A stretch of DNA of 64,000 bases from an uncultured delta proteobacterium (GTDB taxonomy: Bacteria > Myxococcota_A > Polyangia > Polyangiales > JADJMO01). Both the position numbers and the translations under genes were made by a program. A model generated the notes under the pieces. It was not told the DNA's origin. It ran no database searches and worked only from the letters and a program-made list of their open reading frames with translations. Shown here in pieces: positions 42,619-53,324 of the stretch (position 1 is the first letter of the stretch; the number at the start of each line of letters is the position of its first letter). The stretch spans positions 3,684 through 67,683 of the forward strand of contig CAIXWQ010001121.1 of NCBI GenBank assembly GCA_903923175.1. Direction: 5' to 3'.

Positions 42619-44646
42619 ATGTCCACTCGCATGCGCGCGCACGTGGTCGTCACCGCGCTCTCGGCCTGCACCGCGCTCGCTGCATGCTCCTCGTCCGACA
42701 CCGGGGTGGAGCCCGACGCAGCCCCACCCGCAGACGCGGGGGACACGAGCCTCGTCGACGCGGCCGACGCGGCCGACGACTCGGCCTCGGTGGACTCGAC
42801 GGTCGCCGAGGCCGACGCATCGAGCGGCGACGTGAGCGACGCCGGCGAGCTCGACACCTTGGCGGAGTCGGGGCTCGACGCGGCGGACACGTCCGACACG
42901 GCGGCGCTGCCGGACGTCGTGGGTACGGACACAGGCGTGCTCGACGCTGGCTCGGACGCGCTCGACGCGGCCCCCGACGGCGTGGTCGACGTAGGCCCCG
43001 ACGCCGCCGACGGCGGGAGCGATGCCGGGCCCGCCAGCTCGGCCTTGTGCGTCTCTTGCTCGGCGAGCCAGAAGACCTGCAACGGCGCCTGCCGCCCGGT
43101 CGGGACCGACCCACGCACGGGCTGCGGGAGCTCGTGCTCGCCCTGCCGCCTCGCGCACGCGACGCCGAGCTGCGCGGGCGGGGCCTGCGCGATCGGCAGC
43201 TGTGATGCGGGCTGGGCAGACTGCGACGGCAACGCCGCGAACGGCTGCGAGGCCGATCTGCACAGCCGTGACACCTGCGGCGGCTGCTCGGCCAAGTGCG
43301 CGACGGGGAGCGTCTGCTCGGCCGCAGGGTGCGTCGCGACCTGCACGCCGCCCGACACGCTCTGCACCGACCGCTGCGCCAACCTCGTGACCGACCCCGC
43401 GCATTGCGGCTCGTGCACCGCCTCGGGCACGACCGACGTGAACGCGGTGCTCTCCTGCTCCGGCGGGACGCTCAGTCGCTCGTGCCGCACCGGCTACACG
43501 AGCTGCAGCGGGACTTGCGTCGACCTCGCGAACGATCCGCTCAACTGCGGCGCCTGCAACGTCCACTCGCCGAAGCCCCGTGGCGGGACCGCAGCGTGCG
43601 TGGCGGGCGCGCCCGTCGCCGAATGCCCCACGGGGCTGACCGTCTGCAGCGGCGTCTGCGTGGCCCCGCAGGTCGACGCGGCGAACTGCGGCGCGTGCGG
43701 GAAGAAGTGCGCGACCGGCGAGCTGTGCCTCGCCTCCGCGTGCGTGTCGTCGGCGTCGATCTGGCTCGTCAGCGGCCTGTCGCAGCCCGAAGACGTCGCG
43801 ATCGACGCGAGCTACGTCTACTGGACCGACATCGGCGACGGGAGCGTGCGCAGGGTCGCGAAGGGCGGCGGGGCGTCGACGGCGATCGCGACGGGGCAGT
43901 CGCGGCCGAGGCGCCTCGCGCTCGACGACACCTACGTCTACTGGTCGAACGAGCTCGGCGGCGCCATCATGCGGGCCCCGAAGGACGCCTCCGCGGCGCC
44001 GACGATCGTCTCCACCGCAGTGAGCCCTTGGGGCGTGATCACGCTCGGCTCCTACGTGTTCTTCACCGACGGCAACGGCGTGAGCCGCGTGCCGAAGGCG
44101 GGCGGCGCGCCCACGAGCTGGGCGAGCATCAAGGGGAAGGAGCTCGTCACGGACGGCGCGGGCGTCGCGATGTGGACGACGCCCGACTTCACCTCCCCCT
44201 CCAACTTCGACTGGAGGATCGACGCTGCCACGGGCGCGACCACGCAGCTGGGGATCGCGACCTACCTCTATCGCTCCCCGATCGCCGTCGACGATCGCTA
44301 CCTCTACTCGGGCTACGGCTCGTCGACGCGCTCGCTCGTCGAGGTCGACAAGGCCGTCGCGGACGTCACGTACGCCGCCGTCCCCACGCTCGACAGCTTC
44401 CTCATGGCGCCCACCGCGGTCGCGCCGAACGCCTGCGGAACCTTCTGGACGGGCTTTCGCAAGATCTACACGCTCGATCCGTTCCCCTCCACGGCGGCGC
44501 CGGCGATCGTCATGTATCGCTTCGGCTGGCCCGACTGGATCACGCTCGTCGACACGCTCGACACCGGCAAGCGCATCGTGACCGACGCCGGCTACGTGTA
44601 CTGGACCGACAAGGCGGCCGTCGGTCGCCTGCCGCTGCCGCGCTGA
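42619..44646 (+). CDS. Lipoprotein with an Asp/Ala-rich linker, Stig1-like Cys-rich repeats and a YWTD-type beta-propeller-like C-terminal half
   Basis: Signal and lipobox (VVVTALSACTALAACSS). Repeated C-x-x-x-C-x-D-L/x-x-x-D-P-x-N/HCG-x-C motifs (…CTDRCANLVTDPAHCGSC…, …CSGTCVDLANDPLNCGACN…, …CVAPQVDAANCGACGKKC…). Then recurrent YVYWTD / YVYWSN / YVFFTD / YLYSG / YVYWTD blades. Confidence 0.85.
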   Translation: MSTRMRAHVVVTALSACTALAACSSSDTGVEPDAAPPADAGDTSLVDAADAADDSASVDSTVAEADASSGDVSDAGELDTLAESGLDAADTSDTAALPDVVGTDTGVLDAGSDALDAAPDGVVDVGPDAADGGSDAGPASSALCVSCSASQKTCNGACRPVGTDPRTGCGSSCSPCRLAHATPSCAGGACAIGSCDAGWADCDGNAANGCEADLHSRDTCGGCSAKCATGSVCSAAGCVATCTPPDTLCTDRCANLVTDPAHCGSCTASGTTDVNAVLSCSGGTLSRSCRTGYTSCSGTCVDLANDPLNCGACNVHSPKPRGGTAACVAGAPVAECPTGLTVCSGVCVAPQVDAANCGACGKKCATGELCLASACVSSASIWLVSGLSQPEDVAIDASYVYWTDIGDGSVRRVAKGGGASTAIATGQSRPRRLALDDTYVYWSNELGGAIMRAPKDASAAPTIVSTAVSPWGVITLGSYVFFTDGNGVSRVPKAGGAPTSWASIKGKELVTDGAGVAMWTTPDFTSPSNFDWRIDAATGATTQLGIATYLYRSPIAVDDRYLYSGYGSSTRSLVEVDKAVADVTYAAVPTLDSFLMAPTAVAPNACGTFWTGFRKIYTLDPFPSTAAPAIVMYRFGWPDWITLVDTLDTGKRIVTDAGYVYWTDKAAVGRLPLPR

Positions 44647-44683
44647 GAGAGGCTTCTGCTCAGCCGCTCCGGCGAGGCTCCGC

Positions 44684-46903
<2,220 letters not shown>

Positions 46904-47237
46904 GGCGGGCGGTGGAGAGCGCGCCGTGTGCGGCTGCTCTCACGGGTAGAGGTTGTTGCGAGGCGGGCGCCGTACGTTCAGAGCCCCGGGGGGCCTCGCC
47001 GACGGCGGTCGTTCGGCATTGTGCTGGGCGCGCACCCTAGCAGGCCACCGAAAGGCAGCCGGCGGAAACTGTGGACGGCCTCCGGCCGCGCGAAATACGC
47101 GGCAATTCTCGGCACGACTCAGCGGCTGCTCGGCGGGGAGGCGGCCATTTGCCGAGCGACGCGATCGCGGCCGAGCGCGCGTCGCGTCGCCCTCGGGAGC
47201 CGGTCGGGCCTGCCCGTCGCGAGGACCGCCCGCCTGT

Positions 47238-49697
47238 TCACGGCGTCGCGCTTGGGACCGTCACGGCCCGCGAGAGCGACAGATGTGCGCGGGCGGCAGC
47301 GTCCGAATAGCGACGCTCCATCGGGAAGGCGGTCGCCAGGCGGGACCAGGCGAGGTTCGCCACGGACCAGGCGCCGGTGCTCTCGGCCGCCGCCGCGATG
47401 GCCTCGACCGCGGCCCACGCCGTGGGGTAGGTCGCAGTCGCGTCGAGGTAGCGATCGAGGGCCTTGGCCGGGTGCTTGCGCGCGAGCTCGATCGAACCGA
47501 GCAGCGCGAGGAAGCGCCCCATCGGCAGCCCATGCCTCAGGGTCAGGTCTCGTGTCTCGTCGGCGAGCTGCGTGAGCCCCTCGAGCCCGAGGCGGACTCC
47601 TCGGCGATGGAGCAGCCCCTCGCGGAGATCCACGTCGTCGGGGCACCGCGCGATCCCCTTCTCGAGCTCGCTCTCGGCCTCGATGGGATCGGTGATGAGC
47701 TTCGCCTCGAGGAGATACGCGCGCCCCTCGGAGGGGTCGAGGTCGCGCAGCGCGCGGACCTCACGCAGCGCCCGCGGGACGTCGCCCGCGTCCGCCGCCC
47801 GGTGCGACTCGCGCAGGCGGGCCAGGGCGGCGGGTGGGAAGCGCGCGATGAAGTCGCGGTCCAGCAGCACCGCGTCGGCCGCCCTGGAGGCGGCGACCAG
47901 GCGCTTGACCGCGAGCTCGAGCCTCGCCTCGTTCGTCGTCATCGTCTGGATCTCCTCGACCGGAGCACCGAATCCGACGACATCGGTGAGCACCGCGTCG
48001 GCCATCTTCTCCGAGAGCCGGAGCGCCTCTCGGTACTCGCCCCACGCCTGCGGCGACCGTCCGGCGGCGAGCAGCGTTCGAGCCACCCAGAGATGCGTGA
48101 TCGCGCGGTAGGGCGCGAGCTTCACGGCGCGGATCACGTGGGCGCCTGCGCTGGCCTGCGGCAGGCGGGCGACGCCCGCGGCGAGGGCCAGATAGGGGTC
48201 CGCCGGGTGGCGCGTGGCGGCGTCGTCGACCTGCGCGACCACCGTCGAAAGCCGCCCTTCGCGCCAGGCTGCGGAGACGTTCGCCTGATCTTCGTCGAGC
48301 GACGTGCGCCACTGCGGCCGGAGCAAGATCAGCCCGAGCAGCGGTGTCGCGATGCCAAAGGCGCGGTCGGACAACGCCGGGGCCCGGACGCTGGTCCGGC
48401 CTTCCCGCGTCGGGGGGGCGGACGCGACGATCGCGAACAGCGCTGCGGCGAGGAGTCCGACCCCGGCGAACTCGGTCGCGAAGTCGAACTGCTCATGGAT
48501 TCCCAGCCCCATCAGGGCCACGAGCGCACCTGCGTAGACGGGCCGGCGTAGCGAGTCGCGCGTCGAGCGCGCGAGCACGTACGCCAAGCCCGCGAGCAGG
48601 CAGGCGGCCACGGGGAGCCCGAGCTCGGAGGCGAGCTCGATCGGCAGGTTCTCCGGGTGCGAGAAGCGGACGAGCCCCGCCGCGGACGGCGCCTCGTAGG
48701 CGGCGAACGCCGAGGCGAAGGCGCCTCTACCGACGCCGAAGCGGGCGTGCTCGAGCGCGAGCTGCCCGCCGCGTCGGATGAGATCGAGCTTCGACAGATC
48801 CCGGTCGCCCGCCTCGTGGACGAGCGAGTCACCCGCGACCATGAACGCGGTCGCGACCGCGGCCACGAGCGCACCGAGGCCGAGCGCCAAGGGGGCCTTT
48901 CGCCCCTGCTGCCGCCACGACGCCGCGTACACGCTCATCGCGACGAGCTCGAAGACGAGCACGCCGATGCCGCCACGGCTGAGCGTCAGCACGACGATCG
49001 CGCCAGTGGCGATCACCCCGACGCCAGCGAGCATGCGCGCGCCCAGCGCTTCTCGCTCGACCGCAAACCCGAACAGCAACGGCGGAGCGATGGCGGCCGC
49101 CGCGGCGGCATGGTTGGGGTTCAGCAGCGTGAGCGTGATCGGCAGATCGGTCGCCAGCGCGTGGCGCGGCGTGTAGAGGCCGAACGCCACGCCGTGGTCC
49201 CAGATTCGCGCCAGCACGCCGACGGCGCCGAAGACGACGATCGCGTAGATGCAGGCGCGCGCGATCCGCTCCCGACCGGCGCGATCGCTCGCGATCAGCG
49301 TGACGACGTGCAGGAAGGCCGCGGTCGTCAGCGCCGTCGCCAGCGCGAAGGCGGTCCCGGGCGGATCGAGCGTCACCGGGTGGTGTCGCGCCGCCCGCCC
49401 GAACGTCGCGTCCACCGAGGCCCAGATGGCGGCGGACTGAGGGCTCACGAGCCGCAGCAGCGCATCGGGCAGGGGCACCAGCTGCAACGCGCAGAATCCA
49501 GCGTGCGCCCACGCGAGCCCGACCACGAGCCGCGCGGTGGTGCTCCTGACGCGCGAGCGCCGAGAGAGCGCCTCCGCGAACGCGAGGCACACGACGCAGG
49601 AGGCCGCGATGACCAACGTCGCCGGCGAGACGCCGCCGAGCGCCAGCAACGGCACCGTGAGCGCGAGCGTCAGGAGCGTGTTTCGCAGAGTATGCAC
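47238..49697 (-). CDS. O-antigen ligase/polymerase-family membrane domain fused to a C-terminal TPR-like domain
   Basis: GTG start. About 12 TM helices with the Wzy_C-like motif …RFSHPENLPIELASELGLP…. About 330 C-terminal residues are helical repeats (…AWGEYREALRLSEKMADA…, …GRAYLLEAKLITDPIEAESELEKGIARCPDD…). Confidence 0.85.
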   Translation of the reverse strand: MHTLRNTLLTLALTVPLLALGGVSPATLVIAASCVVCLAFAEALSRRSRVRSTTARLVVGLAWAHAGFCALQLVPLPDALLRLVSPQSAAIWASVDATFGRAARHHPVTLDPPGTAFALATALTTAAFLHVVTLIASDRAGRERIARACIYAIVVFGAVGVLARIWDHGVAFGLYTPRHALATDLPITLTLLNPNHAAAAAAIAPPLLFGFAVEREALGARMLAGVGVIATGAIVVLTLSRGGIGVLVFELVAMSVYAASWRQQGRKAPLALGLGALVAAVATAFMVAGDSLVHEAGDRDLSKLDLIRRGGQLALEHARFGVGRGAFASAFAAYEAPSAAGLVRFSHPENLPIELASELGLPVAACLLAGLAYVLARSTRDSLRRPVYAGALVALMGLGIHEQFDFATEFAGVGLLAAALFAIVASAPPTREGRTSVRAPALSDRAFGIATPLLGLILLRPQWRTSLDEDQANVSAAWREGRLSTVVAQVDDAATRHPADPYLALAAGVARLPQASAGAHVIRAVKLAPYRAITHLWVARTLLAAGRSPQAWGEYREALRLSEKMADAVLTDVVGFGAPVEEIQTMTTNEARLELAVKRLVAASRAADAVLLDRDFIARFPPAALARLRESHRAADAGDVPRALREVRALRDLDPSEGRAYLLEAKLITDPIEAESELEKGIARCPDDVDLREGLLHRRGVRLGLEGLTQLADETRDLTLRHGLPMGRFLALLGSIELARKHPAKALDRYLDATATYPTAWAAVEAIAAAAESTGAWSVANLAWSRLATAFPMERRYSDAAARAHLSLSRAVTVPSATP

Positions 49698-49756
49698 GGG
49701 AGACCGCTACCTTCGGTTCGGGCGTGACGGGGCGGGGCGCTACGCGCGAGGCGAGG

Positions 49757-50890
49757 TCAGCGACGGCTGCGCGGTCCGGCGGCTTCGGCGGCTTCGGTGA
49801 TCGCGCGCTCGATCGCCTCCGCGTACCGCGGCCAGACCACCTCGGGCGCAAAGCGCTCGATCACGCGCTGGCGCGCCCGCTGGCCGAGCCGCCGCGCCAG
49901 CGTCGGCTCCGCGATCAGGCGGCGGAGCGCCCGCTCGAGCGCCGCGGGGGCCTTCGGCGGAACCAGGAGGCCGTTCTCGCCGTCCTCGATGACGTCCGGG
50001 ACGCTCCCCACGGGGGTGACTACGACGGGGAGCTCGGCGGCCATCGCCTCGAGCATCGCGTTGGGGAGCCCCTCGAAGTGGCTCGGGAGCACGAACGCCT
50101 CGGCCTCGGCCAGCAGCGTGCGCACGGTGTCTCGATCGACCCAGCCGGGCGTCGAGATCGCCGCCTCGAGCCCCGCACGCCGCACCTCCGCGCGGAGCTC
50201 CTCGAGATCGCGCCCGCCGCCCGCGAACGTCAGGCGCGCGTCGGGGACGTCACGATGGAGGCGCGCGAAGGCCTCGAGCAGCTCGAACACCCCCTTCTCA
50301 CGGGTGATCCAGCCGACGAAGACGAAACGCAACACGGCATCTCGCCGCGCGCTCGTGAGGGGCGGGATCTCGGTGATGTTCGGAGCCTCGAGGATCTTCC
50401 CCGCGGCCTCCGGGTAGCTCCCGAAGAACTCCGTCCAGCGCGCCCCCTGCGACACCACGACGTGGGCGGACGCGAGCGTGCCGCGCAACCAACCGTCGAG
50501 CGCTGGGTTGGCGGCGACCTGACCCGGGAGCGCCCCGCTCGAGAAGCGGACGACCACGCCGAGCCCGGCGGCGCGGGCGAGCATGCACATCAGCCCCTTC
50601 TCCACGAGGCTCAGGCCGTCCGAAGAGAAGATGAGCGCCGCCCGTACGCCGCGCGCGGGGGCGCTCGCGAACGTGCCGAGCCGGCGCGCGGCCGCCAGCG
50701 CGCGGACGCGCATCGGCGGCGGCGGAATGCTCTCGGCCGTGGACGTGAGCGGCACCAGCTCGAAGCGTCGTCCGAGCTCGCTGCGAAACAGCGTCGACGC
50801 GACGGTCAGCTGGCCGCCGGCCGCGCCGCTCGGCGAAGAGGTGAGGCCCGCGACGAAGAGAACTCGAGGTCTATGGGAATCGAAGGCCAA
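49757..50890 (-). CDS. Glycosyltransferase family 4
   Basis: The only possible initiator is the TTG start at 50890. …AFVLPSHFEGLPNAMLEAMAAELPVVVTPVGSVPDVIEDGENGLLV is the canonical GT4 EX7E region. Confidence 0.88.
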   Translation of the reverse strand: MAFDSHRPRVLFVAGLTSSPSGAAGGQLTVASTLFRSELGRRFELVPLTSTAESIPPPPMRVRALAAARRLGTFASAPARGVRAALIFSSDGLSLVEKGLMCMLARAAGLGVVVRFSSGALPGQVAANPALDGWLRGTLASAHVVVSQGARWTEFFGSYPEAAGKILEAPNITEIPPLTSARRDAVLRFVFVGWITREKGVFELLEAFARLHRDVPDARLTFAGGGRDLEELRAEVRRAGLEAAISTPGWVDRDTVRTLLAEAEAFVLPSHFEGLPNAMLEAMAAELPVVVTPVGSVPDVIEDGENGLLVPPKAPAALERALRRLIAEPTLARRLGQRARQRVIERFAPEVVWPRYAEAIERAITEAAEAAGPRSRR

Positions 50891-50944
50891 CGTCGCACCG
50901 TAGCATCCTGAGGTTTCGCGCGACCGCGGCGGCTGCGAGCCGGA

Positions 50945-52075
50945 TCACCCGGCGAAGGCGGTCCCGAGGTCGTCCGCGTGGGGTTCTCGATCGATCGTGC
51001 TCACCTCCAGTCGGTCCTCGCGCCCCCGGAGACCGACGCCATAGGTCACCAGCAGATCGGTGCTCGCGGCCTCCGGGATCACGAGCGCGCTGAACTGGAA
51101 GAGCCGCTTCGGAAGCAGATCGGTCGGTGCGCGTGCGAGCCGGTGGAAGGTCGCGCCGTCGCGCGTGGCGACGAGGTCGCATGCCCTTCGCGCGATGCCA
51201 GGTCCGATGCGCGGATCGAGGAGATCGAAGGGCGCGAAGCCGGTCGGGGCGCCCGGCTCCACCGCCGTCGCGAAGACCATGACGTCGCCCACGCGGCCGC
51301 CGTAGATGCACGAACCTGGCATCGGGCCGAGGCGCCGAGGCGTCCAGCCCGCGCCGTCGCGCTCCAAGCGGCAGATGGAGTTCTGCTCCAGGTGCGTGTC
51401 GGTGGCGTAGAGGAGGCCGCCCTCGATCGGAAATGCGACGCAGGCCCGAGCGAGCTGCGTGCCGCGGAGGATCGGCTCGACGTGCGCGAAGTCGTCGGTC
51501 GCGCGCCAGATCCCCGCGGCCGTGCCGTAGTCGCCGGTGAGGATCCATACGCAGCCGTGCGCGGCGTCGGGCACGAGCGCGTGGACGTGCTCCACCGTGC
51601 CGGCGCCGAAGGTGTGGGCCACCCTCCATCGGCCGGCCTCGTCTCGCAGGTGGATCGAGGCCGGTGCGCGGGCCATGTTCGGCCCGTAGTCTCCGAAGCC
51701 CACGCCGTCGCGGAAGCCGGGGATTCCGGCCCAACGCGCGAAGCGAAACGGCCGGAACGGGCGCGTGGCGAGCTCGCGGTGGACGCGACCGTCGCGGGCC
51801 AAGCGATGGACCCCCGCGCGACTCCCCACGAGGAGGTCTCCGCCGTCGAGACGAATGGCGACGTCCGTGTCCAATCGGAGCACGCGTCGGGCGAGCGGGG
51901 CGTGCGCCGCGAACCGTCGCCACGCGGGGGCCTCCAGTCGACCGAGCGGTCGCGGCTCCGCCTCGGCGCCCGGTCGCCAGGCGAAGATCTCGGCGCCTCG
52001 ACTGACGACGAGCTCGCGCCCGTCGACAAAGATCGGACGATATCCACGCAGCGACGCGACGGACCGCAGTCTCAT
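50945..52075 (-). CDS. Hypothetical protein (beta-rich, no recognised motif)
   Basis: Its ATG at 52075 overlaps the upstream stop (ATGA). 376 aa with good GC3. The upstream extension of the 557-aa ORF overlaps the preceding gene and is rejected. Confidence 0.7.
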   Translation of the reverse strand: MRLRSVASLRGYRPIFVDGRELVVSRGAEIFAWRPGAEAEPRPLGRLEAPAWRRFAAHAPLARRVLRLDTDVAIRLDGGDLLVGSRAGVHRLARDGRVHRELATRPFRPFRFARWAGIPGFRDGVGFGDYGPNMARAPASIHLRDEAGRWRVAHTFGAGTVEHVHALVPDAAHGCVWILTGDYGTAAGIWRATDDFAHVEPILRGTQLARACVAFPIEGGLLYATDTHLEQNSICRLERDGAGWTPRRLGPMPGSCIYGGRVGDVMVFATAVEPGAPTGFAPFDLLDPRIGPGIARRACDLVATRDGATFHRLARAPTDLLPKRLFQFSALVIPEAASTDLLVTYGVGLRGREDRLEVSTIDREPHADDLGTAFAG

Positions 52076-53031
52076 CTGCGTCGTGCGCGGATCGACGCGA
52101 GGAAATAGGGGTATCCGCTGCGATTCCGATGGTTCAGGTAGTCGACCAGTGCGCCCGCGTCGAGGAGCGCGACGTCGACCCCCTCGACCTGTTCCACCGT
52201 GAGGAGTCCCTCGCGACGTAGGTCCTTGTCCAGGGTGCGCTCGCCATAGTGGAGCGCCCACTTCGGGTGCCGCTCGCGCACGACGATCGAGCGCCAGTCG
52301 TCGCCCAGGCGGACGCGAAAGCGCCTGTCGCGGTACCAGCCCGGGACGTACCAGTCGTCGCCGAGCACGTCCTCTGCGACGTGGATCATCGTCAGGCTGT
52401 GCGCCATGTCCACGCCGAGCGCCGCGATCTTCGCGCCGTGCAGCCGGCAGTAGTTCCACGCGGAGCCCGGGCCGCACGGCATCGGACGATCGCCTTCGAG
52501 CTCGTGCGCGAACATCGCATCCGCGGCTGGCCCCAGCGCGACCAGCGAGTTCAGCGGAAACGAGCTCCGCCGAGAGCCAGGCGCCTTCATCAGCGCCGAA
52601 GGCAACGCGCCGGTCCACGCGGGCGTCCTGATCGGATCGTAATCGAGGACGAGCTCGGAGACGTCGGCGTGAAGGCGCTCGACGCCCGCGGGCGCGTCGT
52701 CGAAGCGCGGGATGGCCGGCAAGGCCAACGTGCCGGCCTCGCCGACGAGGGCCTTCAGGGCCGCGTTGACGTCCGCGGGCGACCGGCTGCCGCCGCTGAG
52801 CGGCTTGTAGGCCGAGTGCACGACGAGCAGATCGCCCGGCGCGACGCCTCGCCGAGCGAGGTTCGCGACGACCGCCTCGATTCGGGCCTTCGGCCCCTGC
52901 GTGCTCGCGACCTTGCGGCTGCGCGCGCGCCGCTCGCTCACGAACCGGACCAGCGGCTCGGAGTGCCAGTAGGTGTGGCGGATCGCGACCTCTAGATACG
53001 GCGACAGCGCCATCACCTCATCGATGTTCAT
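52072..53031 (-). CDS. AAC(3)-family (aminoglycoside 3-N-acetyltransferase-like) acetyltransferase
   Basis: The start ATG 53031 gives MNIDEVMAL. …GVAPGDLLVVHSAYKPLSG…VNAALKALVGEAGTLALPA… matches the conserved GD-x-LLVHSS…G…L…GTL-x-MP N-terminal pattern of the Antibiotic_NAT family. Confidence 0.72.
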   Translation of the reverse strand: MNIDEVMALSPYLEVAIRHTYWHSEPLVRFVSERRARSRKVASTQGPKARIEAVVANLARRGVAPGDLLVVHSAYKPLSGGSRSPADVNAALKALVGEAGTLALPAIPRFDDAPAGVERLHADVSELVLDYDPIRTPAWTGALPSALMKAPGSRRSSFPLNSLVALGPAADAMFAHELEGDRPMPCGPGSAWNYCRLHGAKIAALGVDMAHSLTMIHVAEDVLGDDWYVPGWYRDRRFRVRLGDDWRSIVVRERHPKWALHYGERTLDKDLRREGLLTVEQVEGVDVALLDAGALVDYLNHRNRSGYPYFLASIRARRR

Positions 53032-53324
53032 CGCTCGACTCCTGCAGCCCCTCTCGCGCGTACGCTCGCGCGTGCTTCGCCTCGGTCTCGCCGGTCGCGG
53101 GCCGCCGCGCGCCCGCAGGGCTGGATCTCTACCACGAGGACCGCGCGCTCGAAGCGATCGGGGACGAGGACCTGCTCCGGGAATCGCGTCGAGGCGAAGG
53201 AGAGGCGTCGCGCGGTGGAAGCGGGATCGGCGACGGAGGACATGGTGTAGGGTGCCGTTCCTGGGGTGCACGTCCCGGCCGCCTCGTTCACACTGGGCTC
53301 GCAACCCGCAACGCCGACTCCACG

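Noticed and set aside
52072-53031. AAC(3)-family gene read as an aminoglycoside-resistance determinant
   Set aside because: The context is an operon with GT, ligase and unknown glycan genes, with no mobile-element hallmarks. This argues for a sugar N-acetyltransferase role, so no resistance claim is made.
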